DNA of 64,000 nt from the human T2T-CHM13v2.0 reference genome, Homo sapiens, in assembly GCF_009914755.1 (NCBI RefSeq), contig NC_060936.1. The stretch is one strand, 5' to 3'. Position numbers and translations under genes: made by a program. How positions within the stretch are numbered: the first letter of the stretch is position 1; the number at the start of each line of letters is the position of its first letter. A model generated the notes under the pieces. The model ran no database searches. It was not told the DNA's origin and saw nothing but the letters and a program-made list of their open reading frames with translations. Positions 1 through 25,002 of the stretch are shown in pieces.

Positions 1-1022
<1,022 letters not shown>

Positions 1023-1792
1023 CGCGCAGCCCTCTTTCTGTTAGTTTAAGGGAGATAGCATAAAAAGAAACTCATAGAAATCTATGGAACTTGGAAATAA
1101 CTCCAGTGATAAAGACACTATCTTGCTTTCTTACCACTTAAACTGGATGGAAAAGTCATGTATAACTATCTTGATTTACCTGCTATGTATGCCCTCTTAG
1201 AAGGAAAGAGCTCCCATGGAAATTTTTTCTTAAATATAGGGAAAAATAGAAGCGGTTCCAGCTATTCTATATTCTGATAGGATCCCATGCTTCACTATAC
1301 CATGCAATTGTGAGGTTAATGTGTTTATATATATGTTTTGGGATACAGATGTTGGAATCTTTTATGATTCCAGAAAATCAGGAACACAGACTTGATTTTA
1401 AAAATAGTGACCAATAACCTAGAATTCTAATTCTAAAGTAAAATTTGATCTTTGCATTTTTCTTTTTCCCCCAAGCCCCTTATTCCATGGGAACTATCTT
1501 CCTTTGACTCTGCTTCTTCAAGTATTTCCTCTCGTCTTCCAAACTAAGGGATTATCTAGGGATCTGAACTATATAAAGGCTAAAATCAGAGAATCATAGC
1601 GCCTCAGGATTAGAAGGGATTCCAGCATTTTAATCCCCTCTACAATATCTCTACTAAGTGGTCTACATATAATTGAACATATTTTGTGACAGCTTCCACC
1701 CAGTGGTCCTACTTCTCCCTTTAGACCACATGGAATAAATGTAATCCCTCTTTTAATGAATACTCTTGAAGATCGCAATTTGTTCACACTAG

Positions 1793-2731
<939 letters not shown>

Positions 2732-2916
2732 CTTGATTTCTTTAAAAGTTCCCGAAGTGACATAGTTTATAGTTCTTTCACCGTCCTGGTTGATCTCCTT
2801 TGAAAGACAGTAGGAACATCCTTCTTTATCTTTAATGCTTTGAATAATAGTAGAAAGCTACTTAAAGGCAAAAACCACATATATTGAAACAAAGAAGAGT
2901 GGAAATTTGATAAATG

Positions 2917-2922
2917 TTTATT
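2917..2922 (-). terminator. ATF7: Polyadenylation signal for the short ATF7 isoform
   Basis: tttatt on + is AATAAA on -, about 330 nt after the TAA. It is followed on the minus strand by U/GU-rich sequence (CTCTTCTTTGTTTC...ATGTGGTTTTTG). Confidence 0.75.
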
Positions 2923-3249
2923 GACTTGCTGATTCAAAAAAACAGTGTAGCTGAGAAGTCTGATCAGCTCAGAAAAGAGTGGAATTTGGCAACAAATATG
3001 TTATCCAACAAAATCTGAGTAATTTATCACCTTTTAACATCTTCAACATATTTATAATATAAATATTTTTTAAAAAACCGATTATTAAACTAATACTCCC
3101 CTGGAAGAACAAGAGGACTAATTTTCGGTGACGACAGACTTGTGCTGATCCATCATCTGGAACTCCTAAAGACCTGAATGGCTGACTGGGATTAGTGACT
3201 ACTATCTGGTTTTACTGGTTTTACTCTACTAAGCCCATGATTTTGTGTT

Positions 3250-3458
3250 TTAACCAATTAAGAAAATTATCCCAAAGCACAATAAAAATAGCCTAGGTCT
3301 GAATACCACCAGTTTTTTGGCAACAGTCCTGCTTCTTGCCTTTTTCTCATCCTCATCTGCAGCTTTCTTGAATTCATGTTCAAAGGAGCTAGCTAGTTCA
3401 TTGAAGAGTCCCACCTCCTCACAGTTCTTCAGGAATCTAGTTGGAGTAGGCGTTTGAT
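3250..3458 (-). CDS. ATF7: Terminal read-through form of the same exon, giving a 117-aa bZIP-less isoform (ATF7-4) ending VVFRPRLFLLCFGIIFLIG*
   Basis: The frame stays open past both donors to TAA at 3252-3250 (ORF track 3250..3468). 48+97+209 = 354 nt = 117 aa plus stop, consistent with the described short cytoplasmic isoform. Confidence 0.88.
3340..3458 (-). CDS. ATF7: ATF7 third coding exon, short internal form ending at a GC donor (DQTPTPTRFLKNCEEVGLFNELASSFEHEFKKAADEDEKK); extended form ends at GT donor 3307 (+ARSRTVAKKLV)
   Basis: Acceptor ctttcatgtctacAG|AT CAA ACG CCT ACT CCA, where G+AT gives Asp49 and puts Thr51/Thr53 in TPTP. AAG|GCAAGA lies at 3340/3339 and GTG|GTATTC at 3307/3306. 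The 33-nt gap equals the 11-aa ARSRTVAKKLV segment that I recall differs between long ATF7 isoforms. Confidence 0.93.
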
Positions 3459-4473
3459 CTGTAGACATGAAAGAAAAGGAAACTGTTTTAGTTTTGATCT
3501 GAAATTAAAACTTGATATTAAATAGTATATAGAGAATGCATTTGTACTTTTTGATTTGGAGAGAGAGTCTTTGTGTTAGGGCAAATTTGCTTTAATGGAG
3601 CTCTAGTAGGCGAAGGCTGGTGTAGGCCACCAGAGGGTGTCTGTGTTGTGTTGCCTCAAAGCCAGCAGGGGGAAGACTGAACAGTATTTTGTTGTGTGAC
3701 TATCCACGTACCCACTTTTCTCTCAGTGCTAGTTTTACCTCGTTTACCTCCAACCAAACCAAACCACCCACACAGGTGACACAGTTTTGTGAAACCTCTA
3801 GATTTGAAAACCAAGTATAGTTAAGCAATATTTTCTTTCGTAAACTTACTCCCTGCTAGGTCTGAAGTGAGCAGAAAAAGCAGATGGATGTTAAAATCTG
3901 ATGAGAAGAAACTGAGGATCAGATGGTTGAGTTTGCTGACTAAAGCTACCGAGTAAGAAATAGTGCCTTGTCTTTCAGTGGTCACTGAGGTAATAATGGT
4001 CTGTTACCTTCTGAAGGATTCCAGGCAAATCTAGGGGCTGAGGAGTAAGACAGCAAGATCATGAGCTGGAAAAGGAAACTGTAAACAATAGACCTAATTT
4101 CACAGAGACCTAGGCCCAGAGCAAGTTCCTGAAACCAGGGTATTCGGATTTAGATTTGCCAGCCAAAATATGCCCACAGGGGCTGCACGAGTCTCTCCTC
4201 AACACAGTGCCTCTGCCCTTCTGAAGAGAAAGGCTCTTGGTAACCCATGGGAACTTTTTAAGCAACTTGAATTTTACATTCTCCCTCCCAATCCTGCTTT
4301 TTTAGACCTGAATCTTGTTCACAGATCCTAACTCTATTACGATGGGTTTCATTGGCATGCTACTTCAGGGATTCATCTCATACCCCAAACCGCTAGAATG
4401 AATGACAGAAATACAGAACAATGTTTAAATGATATTTTAAGGAGTGAGACCTGGGGTTAAGATCACCCCTTCT

Positions 4474-4780
4474 TGGCTGGGCGCAGTGGCTCATGCCTGT
4501 AATCCCAGCACGTTGGGAGGCTGAGATGGGTGTATCACTTGAGGTCAGAAGTTTGAGACCAGCCTGGCCAACATGGTGAAACTCCATCTCTACAAAAAAA
4601 TACAAAAATTAGGTGGGCATAGTGGCAGGTGCCTGTAGTCCCAGCTACTCAGGAGGCTGAGGCAGGAGAATCTCTTGAACCCAGGAGGTGGAGGTTGCAG
4701 TGAACCGAGATCACTGCCACTGCACTCCAGCCTGGGTGACAGAGTGAGACTCTGTCTCAAAAAAACAAACAAAAAAACCC
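4474..4780 (+). mobile_element. Alu
   Basis: Full dimer; TSD-like caccccttct on both sides. Confidence 0.95.
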
Positions 4781-5327
4781 AAAAACACCCCTTCTAGCCT
4801 GATCAATTGAAAATAGTCCAATGGGATTTTCCATGGAAACAGCACAATTTTTATAAAAAAATTTAAACAAAACCTCTTCTGAATCAGAGTGTTTGGAAAA
4901 GTTACCACTACTTCTCAAAATAGTTTTAAAAGGTACTCTGGCAGCTTTGGTTGGCTAACGATAAAGCCACTTTCCCTCCATCCCTGGGTGAGTAGAAGTA
5001 GTATCATCCTTTATGCTTAGAGAGTACTTTAGCAAGGGCATACCCAAAATCATAACTCAAGTGGAACAGGAGGGGGCAGCTAAGGGCATGGCTATGGCAG
5101 AGGAGGGACTTTCAGACCTTTGATATGAGGTTCAAACAAACTTCTCCTGCACCCTGCTGTTCAGGCTCATTTCTGGTTTTTTAAAGGCTCTCCTGTGTTA
5201 AACCTAATTCCTCACTTTGCAGGTGGCCTCTAACTTTCAAATGGCTCTGGTTTGTGAACAAACAGACTGCAAATATATCAGAGAACCCTGAACCTGCTCT
5301 AATGAATCCTAAAAAAATCAGTAAGTG

Positions 5328-10860
<5,533 letters not shown>

Positions 10861-11169
10861 GAACATGTTTTCTCCTTGAGACCATCCTGGAGCAAGTTCT
10901 CTTACCACCCCTGGAGACTTGGTATAGACCCTTCTACCCATTTGGAATAACCTCTCCAACTTTATAACCTTGCCCCAAATTTACCTCTCAGATAAACTTC
11001 CTCTGATTAATTCTACTTAATATTAACTCATTTAGTATTCATAGTTTGTAGTATTCACTTATACTTGTCTGCAAATACTACAATTTTTTTATGAATATAT
11101 GCCCTGAATTAATTATGTCTGACCTATATGTATACCCTATCCACTATTCCCTAAGATCTCCCCCAGGTT

Positions 11170-11465
<296 letters not shown>

Positions 11466-12547
11466 ATCTTCCCCCAGGTTTTCTTAGGGATCATTGACGA
11501 CAATGTTCCCATTTATGTCTTGTTCCTAAGGATTACAAATCTACAAGCTCCTAGCAAATGTGCCTGGTGTATACAGTAGATATGAAATAAATATCTGCTG
11601 AATTAATGAGGAATAGGAGGTCTGTAAAGGCAAGTGGTAAGTCCCTTTCATCATGTATGGAAGTATGATGAGGAAGTTCTGTCTCTCCTTCTCCATGTCT
11701 ATGGTAGCATTTTGGCTAGTAATACTTGAGAAACTGTGTCTTATATGAGTTATTAACTAATGTAATAGCCACCAACTAAACACCCTAGGAATTAAATATT
11801 GAATTAAGCTTGCTTAGATTGAGGTAAATCAGAACCTCTCATGGATCAAAAGAAAAAGCTCACTTTGGTTTGTATGTCTGCCTAGCTGAAAATGGTACAG
11901 CAGAATTGCTGCCTGGTTTGAGAGCAGTTGCTAAGAGGGCTCCCTTGAGAATGGCATATACAAGCAAGACAGTATCTAAAACAACTGCTGAGAGGTTCCA
12001 GGTCACCCAAATTGGCTTAGAAAAGTCCCACTGACTAAATGTCTTGTTTGAGCTTTGGAAATGTGCCCTCAATGGTGTCTGGGTTCACAAGGGAAGTTGA
12101 ATTTATGAACTGACAATCTGCCTGCTGGAGGAAAGCTGACACCCAGTGGAAGAGAAGCAACCAGGCTAGATTGGCTTTTTTTTGCATTCTTTTGTTCACC
12201 CCTTTGCTGTGGGTAGGCAAAAATGTCAAAGGGATCTTTTGTCTGTAAATCTTTCAAAGTCTTAATAAATAGAAAGAAAGACGGTAATAGACCGAAAAAA
12301 AACTAAGACGAAACCTCAACACACCTACCTTCAAAAACCACAGAACACAACCTTGTTATTAAAAATAGAGTGGAGGGTACAAGAGAAACTTGGGAGCTTT
12401 TAGTGTTCCTTTTTCCTGATTAAATGCAGATCACATAAGGGCTCTTAATGGGAGAAAGGGAGTACAGCTCCCAGTACATCTGGTCTCTGGTATTAATCTT
12501 AACTGCCTGGTGGTATCAAGGCACGTGGCTTTTGGGGCAGCAAATAC

Positions 12548-12644
12548 CTGCAATGATGACTGAGTCAGTTCGGGCTGGGCCAAATTTCAATGTCATCTCA
12601 TGCTTGTGTTTATGAACTGCCAGGTGGTCCTCGTTTGTAAATCT
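12548..12644 (-). CDS. ATF7: ATF7 second coding exon, 97 nt (RFTNEDHLAVHKHKHEMTLKFGPARTDSVIIA + 1 nt)
   Basis: tttcgtttcAG|AGA TTT ACA AAC GAG GAC CAC...ATC ATT GCA G|GTATTT. Completes the C2H2 finger (His27/His31) and the MAPK docking segment. Phases (0 in, 1 out) fit both neighbouring exons. Confidence 0.97.
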
Positions 12645-13999
12645 CTGAAACGAAACAGAAATGGAGATATGAAAAAACAAAAACAAAAACCCGATTCGGT
12701 GCCCTTTTAAAATGTCCTACCAAACATCTTGCAATGAGATTGGTCCCTGGAAAGAAGAACTGGAGAGGGAGAAAAAACTGGAAGAGGAGAAGAGATGGAG
12801 AAAAAAGGGTGCTAGAAGGCAGGGAGAAGAGGAGATGGGGAAGACCACAACACCAACTGCTCTGTAATATCAGGTCCAAACAACAGAAGTGGACAGATTG
12901 TTGGTAAAGTGGGGTCCAAGTAGGAGGCTCCAAATGAAAAAAACATTAAGGCAAACTCGTATTGAACAAGGGGAAGCAATTTTTAATAATAATAATAGAG
13001 AAGGGAAGGGCTGGGCACTAGTTGGCCATCACAAAAATAGGAAATTGAGAATGAAGCCCTCCATGGTAGGGCTGAATTGGACTCTTTTATGAGGGCGCTA
13101 ACAGGGAGATAAATTATGCAGGATTAGGAGAACCATTTAACTTCTTGGCCCCTACAGTGCTGCAGCAGGCGCCTGCATGGCTATTTGGCTCAGAGTTTTA
13201 ATGAGCCAGGATGGAGCTGTAGAGGACCAAGGCGCAATGGCCAGCAATAATGGCACATACCAGCCCCATCGGCCAAATGCTGTCTCCCCTCATCGGGCAG
13301 CCCGCCTGGGCTCCATCAGCCATAAAAAGGCCAGTACAATGCTGATGACTATATAATGGTAGAATAAAAATGCCAGGAAAAAATATTTTTTTAGTGGTAG
13401 GGAGGAGCCTGTAGGCAGGATGAGGGAAGAGAAAGGGAGATGGTATAGAGATTTTATTTTTTTGGGATTTGGGTGAAAGGACAATGAAGAAAAGTGGGCT
13501 AACTCTATCCAGTTTATGATTAAGTAAAATAGGGTTACTGGACAATAATTTATGCTCCTACCCCTTCTTAAAAGGGGGAGAGTGAAGGGAACAGATGAAC
13601 AGCAGTAATTCAAAAGAATAATATTCTCAAAAGTCCCTTTGAGGCTCCTGGCCATATTCCTTCATTAAAACATGACTGCAACACAGTAACAGCCCGGATG
13701 CTGCAGTTTTCCACAGCTCCTTCACACTGAGGCTCTGAAACATGGTTCCGTTTGTCTTTTTGCTTCTAAAAATGGTGATTGGTTAGTCGTCTCTTTTTAC
13801 TTTCTTCATCACGTGTATACTTCTCACCAAATACTATACGTTTAGCCTTCTTTTCCAAAGCTCTTCTTGACTGCAAACAAAATACACGGGAGTTGGCCCC
13901 ATCCAGCTCCTACCTGTCAGGAAAGCAATACCAAACTGTTTCTACTACTTTATTTTACCTGAATTTACAACTAAAGCCAATTTAAGATCCAAAATCCCA

Positions 14000-17561
<3,562 letters not shown>

Positions 17562-17737
17562 TAAGGTTTTGGCAAATAGCCACTCACTCAGGGAACACAC
17601 TTGCCCTCACTGTAGGGTAAATATAATAACCATCTCCAAGGCAGCAGAAGGCTTAATACAAAATCAGGACAGTTTCTCTCCTCTCCTTTATGCCAAGACT
17701 AATTTGCACCCCCATCTGAAGACTAAGATCATCTAGA

Positions 17738-18058
17738 TCTGCACTATCTGATATGGTAGCGACTAGCCACACATAGCTATTGAGTACTTGCAATGTGGCT
17801 AGTCTGAATTGAAATGTACTGAAAATCAAAACACACACTGGATTTCAAAGACTTAGTAAAATATCTTGTTAATAATTTTTATGTTGATTACATGTCAAAA
17901 TGATACTATTTTGGATATACCAGGTTAAATAAAATATATTATTACAATTAGTTCCACTTGTTTACTTTCACTTTTTAATGTAACTACTAGAAAATCAAAA
18001 CTTACCTATGTGGCTCACGTTTGTGGTTTGCATTGTATTTCTTTTGGACAGCTCTAAT
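17738..18058. mobile_element. MER33/MER3-like hAT-Charlie element
   Basis: atatggtagcgactagccacacatagctattgagtacttgcaatgtggctagtctgaattga...tttggacagctct, with tctaga on both flanks. Confidence 0.75.
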
Positions 18059-18161
18059 CTAGATAATATGCTCCAAGATCCCACGGGAATTTTAATCATG
18101 TACCAATCTTAAATCTTCCTCCCTAAATCCATTTTCTTTAAATGCAGTTTAGAGTATGTGG

Positions 18162-18373
18162 CAGTGGTTCTCAACCAGAGGTAACTCTGTCCCCCATGGG
18201 ACATTTGACAATGTTTGGAGACATTTTTGTTTGTCACAACTGGGAGGATGCTACTGGCCTCTAGAAGGTAGAGGCCTGAGATGCTGATAAATATTGTATG
18301 GTGCACAGGACAGCCTCCCAAAACAAAGAACTGCATAACTCAAAATATCAGTTGTGTTTGTTGAGAAACCCTG
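18162..18373 (+). mobile_element. MER20 hAT-Charlie element
   Basis: cagtggttctcaacc...gggacatttgacaatgtttggagacatttttgtttgtcacaactgggag...ttgagaaaccctg. Confidence 0.85.
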
Positions 18374-19001
18374 ATACAGAGTAACAGGGGAAGAGAAAAA
18401 GAAATAAGAAAAAAAGCTGCTTTTTAGTTTCCTTTTCCAAACTGCCAACACATGTTTTTAGACCTGAAACTTGGAAGAAAAAAAGCACAGGCAAAAAACT
18501 TCCAGCCTCATTTTATAAAATGGCTGATGGACTCCAGATCTGCAAATACTTAGGATAGGAAAATTAGGAAGATGGAGACAGAAGGCACTGTATTTGGGAG
18601 AACAGACTGAATGGAATTCTCATGCACTGCCTTGTTAGTAACAAAAAGATAATATAGAAGAAGCTAATCAAAACAATTTTGGCTACTTTTGATTTTTACT
18701 CCCTTATGAAGAAAAAAAGTAGCAAGAAAGAAGATTCTTTTCATTTAAGAAATACTAAGAAGCATAAAATAGAATGTCAGGACTATGAGGAAGTCAATCT
18801 GAAAACTGATACTACCTCCAGAATGGACAGGGAAAGTACATTTCCTATTAACAATTAACTTTCCATGAGACATCTTTGGTAAAAACTCTTTCCATTTCTA
18901 GTAAGTTTTACTCTCACCTATCCTTCTGTAATAGGAGAATCTAGAATCTCTCCTCCTCACAAACTTACTAAATGAACAGAGCTAAGTAAAGAGTTAGGAT
19001 G

Positions 19002-20226
<1,225 letters not shown>

Positions 20227-23200
20227 CCTCTTTACTTTTTTAAATTTCAAGAGAGACAGGTATTATAGTAAAAAAGTGACTTTTTTTTTTTGCAGGATAA
20301 TTCTAAACAAGTAAATGCCTAGAGATACTGCAGTTCTTTTCCTAACCTCATTTAACCTATTCTCTAGACGTATTTTGAAATAGCAGCACTGAACAGACCC
20401 GAAAAGAAGGCTCAGAGCAAATGAGACGTAAGGCCAAACTAAAACTAAATTTTTGGCTTTTGACTCTGAGCCAGGCACAAGCATACGGGGATTAGGAATC
20501 TAACAGTTTCAAGCTAACTCCTTGGTAAAGCATTGTGACCAATGAAATTTCTCTGCAATATGCACTCAACTCCTAGCCAGATACATTCCTGAAATGTTGC
20601 TTTTGGCCACCACAGCACCCGTTTTCATGAGGATTTGCCTCACATTTAAAAACGCTCTTAATATCCTGACCTATGATGAATTCATGTCCCTTTCCTTGTT
20701 TTAGAAGAGTAGACTGGGGTAAGAAGACAATCAGAACTCTTTAGTTATTAGGAAATGAGCCCTGAGTGTGTAAACTATCAAGAAATAATACAAGGAACTG
20801 AGTTTACATTTGTGATAGTCTGAAAAGTAATTTATGCTGAAACCTAACTACCCCTTTTCTCCAAAGTTTCTGGGTTTGGCAGTACTTCATGGACAGAATT
20901 GCTTTCTTTTAATTCAGTATCTATACTTGGGCTTGGTTTTTTCTTTTCTTTCTTTTTTTTTTTTTTTTACACAGGGTCTCACTCTGTAGCTCAGGCTGGA
21001 GTGCAGTGATGTGATCATAGATCACTGTAACCTCAAACTCTTAGACTCAAGCAATCTTCCCACCTCAGCCTACCAAGTAGCTGGGACTACAGGTTCGCAC
21101 CACCATGGGCTATTGTTTTGTTTACTTTAGAGATGGGGTGTTGCTATGTTGCCCAGGCTGACTGCAAACTCTTGGCCTCAAGTGATCATCCCACCTCAGC
21201 CTTCCAAAGAGCTGGGTTTATCTGCACCCATATACTTGGGGGCGTATTTTGATGAAAGGAAATAGTATGAAAAAGTCACAGAAGACAGCACCACTGCACT
21301 CCAGCCTGGTCAACAGAGTAAGACTGTCTCTTTAAAAAAAAAAAAAAAAAAGTCATAGAAAACTTGAGAAAAACTATGAGGAGTAAGTTCTTGAATAGTG
21401 ATGCTGGTGCTGAGCAGGTGAAGGAAGAAATAACTGATCTTTTTTTTGAACACTATTTAATTAATCACTTCAAGTGATCACATATTCTGAAAGAAGAAAC
21501 TGGAAGATCTGTAAAAGTCTTGACAAGGCTTCTTGCCCTCACTGCAGTGCTTCTGTTCCCAATGTCAGACATCATTTAAGTTTGGGAAAGCAGGGAAAGG
21601 GAGAAGAAGGAAGGGATTAAATACACACATACTTCAAACCAAACATAACTTTCATTTCTACCTTGGTCAATCCTAGGCTCCTGCTCTCTACTTCAAGATG
21701 TTTAGCCAATGATGGGAAATAAATAAATAAAAGGAAAAAAAAGATGCTACTGTTTGCTATGTGAGTCACACATCCTGCTTTGAATGTTTCATGGCTCTTA
21801 AATGAATCATTTCAAAGTACAGGATTGTTCAACAAATAAAATACAACCACAGCAACAGTAGCTCATATGCTGCATGTGTGAGCGACATAATTTATAGAGG
21901 AAAAACAAGAACAGAAAACTTTCCCCCAAAATACTCAAAGATAAAATGTTGTCAGGGGAATGAAGGAGGACAAACTAAACAGAGGAGCGGGGACAACCCA
22001 CCAAACTGTACCTAAGGTAAATTCATTTGTCTATGGATTGAGGAATTTTCTGTTTTGGGAAGGCTGTTGGAATATCTTAAAGATTCTGGCAGCTTAACAA
22101 ATAAGTCCACTGTATAAAGAAAAGGAATTTTGAAAGCAGAGATATTATTTGATAGTTGGTCTAGCTGCCATGCTGCTGCTACAGTGTAAGCTCCTCAAGA
22201 ACAAGGATCTCTCCATTTGCTTGTTCATGGACAAATCCCAAGCACCTAGAACGGTATCTGTACACAGTAGGTGCTTAATATTTGTTGAATAAATGCCAAC
22301 TAGCACGTCTCACTAAAGTGCTACAAAGCAACCCCAACCTACAAAACTTTTGCCCATGTAGGCCGGGCACGGTGGCTCACGCCTGTAATCCCAGCACTTT
22401 GAGAGGCCGAGGCGGGCAGATCACCTGAGGTCAGGAATTCAAGACCAGCCTGGCCAACATGGTGAAACCCCGTCTCTACTTAAAAAATACAAAAAATTAG
22501 CTGGGTGTGGTGGTACGCACCTGTAATCCCAGCTACTCGGGAGGCTGAGGCAGGAGAATCACTTGAACCCAGAAGGCCGGTGAGCCGAGATTGTGCCACT
22601 GCACTCCAGCCTGGGGGACAAGAGCGAAACTTCATCTCAAAAAAAAAAAAATTTTTTTTTGCCCGTGTGTGCAATGGTGGGACAATTTTCATCATCCATA
22701 TCCAAAAGGAGAGTTGGTATCTATCTTAAACACCAGCTTTTTCCTACGGAACCAGAGGCTGGGCCCAGTCAGGACCAAGAATACCCTAATGCAAGGATGC
22801 AAGAAGATCAGAGTAAGAAACAAATAGAATTTCAAAAATTGTAACCACAGGAAAAAGACAAAATGGCAGCAATGGGGATTTAAATCATTAGGAAGGATTT
22901 GACTCTTGGGGGTGGGGTGGGTTTGAAATCATTCCCAAAGGAGATTTTAAAGGAATGTAAAATACATTACCTTTCTGTCCTCTTGTCCTTGTTTATGATT
23001 TTATTTTCTGCTATTCTTCTACTAACACCTTCTACCCAGGTCAGTCTCTTACTGATCTGCAAAGTCTATTTATTTTCAATTTTGTGCCTCCACACACATT
23101 CCCATATTCCTTGAAATGTGTTCCTCTCTCCATTGTTTACTGGAATACTACCATTTTTCTAGGCCCAGCTGAAATCCAATAGCTTTTTGAAAGCTTCTCT

Positions 23201-24157
23201 AATGACTCCAATCTTCAGTGATCTATCTTTCTTGAACTTGTATAGTATTCAAATGGAAATTTATTTATATAATTATACATATAGAATTTTAGTCTATATG
23301 GTCTCACAATTTTTATCTTTTTAAAGTAGACTGTATGGGCAGGCGCAGTGGCTCACACCTGTAATCCCAGCACTCTGGGAGGCTGAGGCGGGAGAATTGC
23401 TTGACCCCAAGAGTTTGAGACCAGTCTGGGCAACAAGGTGAAACCCCACCTCTACCGAAAAGAAAAAAAAAAATTAGCCAGGTGTGGTGGTGTGTGCCTG
23501 TAGTCCCAACTAGGAAGGCTGAGGTGGGAGGGATCACTTGAACTGGAGGCAGAGGTTGCAGTGAGCCAAGATTGTGCCATCGCACTCCAGCCTGGGCAAC
23601 AGAACAAGGATGTCTCAAACAAAGTAGACTGTAAACTACTAGAGGGTTAAAAACATGTCTCACACTTATTTTTTATCCTTTTCACCTGCCCCACCTCTGG
23701 GCTTGCCCAGTTTGGCACTCAATAAATTATTGCTTCAGTGATTGGGTAAAGTTTTATATAGTGACATAAGAGTAACTGTTGAAAAGCTTTATCACTCTTG
23801 GATTCTCAGACCTTAACATGGCACACTTTCAGAAAGATCTGATGGCTTTCCAACTCCATTTGCAAAGTAAATTTCACTGTTCAAATCAGTGAGAATTAGT
23901 GTATCCTCTTGCCTACTTTTTTTGATACCAGATTCCCTTTATTACAGAAAGGCACCTAAGACAATTACAGTATGCTAGAGTTATACTGCTGTTGTATGAA
24001 AGGACACTGGTGCCATGGTCTTTGTGGGTCAATTCACTTTCTTAGGGTATCTGATTCCAGCACTGAATTTTATTACCAATTAAAATGTCCTGTGAGGCCA
24101 GATACAGTGGCTTATGCCTGTAATCCAGCACTTTGGGAGGCTGAGGTGGGCAGATCA

Positions 24158-24397
<240 letters not shown>

Positions 24398-24773
24398 CTA
24401 AAATACCTTGTGCAAAAAAATGTGAATTTACAAGCCATTCCCTTTTAAGTTCCTTCTTCAATCCCCAAACCACTAGTGGTAATTTTAACCACATCCTTTT
24501 GAGCATTTTCTTTTAAGATCTCAATTATTTGAATTTTACAGGCAGAATATGAGCATATGAGCATCTCATAGGTGTCAAACAGTGTCAAGAACTGGATTCC
24601 TCCTTTAAAAAATCGTACACTCCAGTATCTGACAAAAGGAAAAGTATGTTACAATTAAATCAACAAGCTAGTTAGAGGGGAACAGAAAAAGAATTTTAAA
24701 CCCATAGTCAACACTGAGTTGTTGGGTCTTCATCGTTATGATCTGGGTTTAATAGCAATGCATTATTATTCTA

Positions 24774-25002
24774 CATCAAACTTGTCCAACCTTTGGCCTG
24801 CAGACCACATGCAGCCCGGAATGGCTTTCAACATGGCCCAACATAAATTCGTAAGCTTTCTTAAAACATTATCAGATTTTTTGGCGATTTTTTTTTTGTT
24901 TAGTTCATCAGCTATTGTTGGCATTAGTATATTTTTATGTGTGGCCCAAGACAATTCTTCTTCCAATGTGGCCCAGGGAAGCCAAAAGATTGTACACCTC
25001 TG
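24774..25002 (-). mobile_element. MER30 hAT-Charlie element
   Basis: ttgtccaacc...ggcccaacataaattcgtaagctttcttaaaacatt...tgtggcccaagacaattcttcttccaatgtggcccagggaagccaaaagattgtacacctctg. Confidence 0.82.

Noticed and set aside
3459-3468. ORF-track start 'MST' for the 72-aa ORF
   Set aside because: This ATG lies in the acceptor region of the intron; the exon begins at 3458 after the AG.
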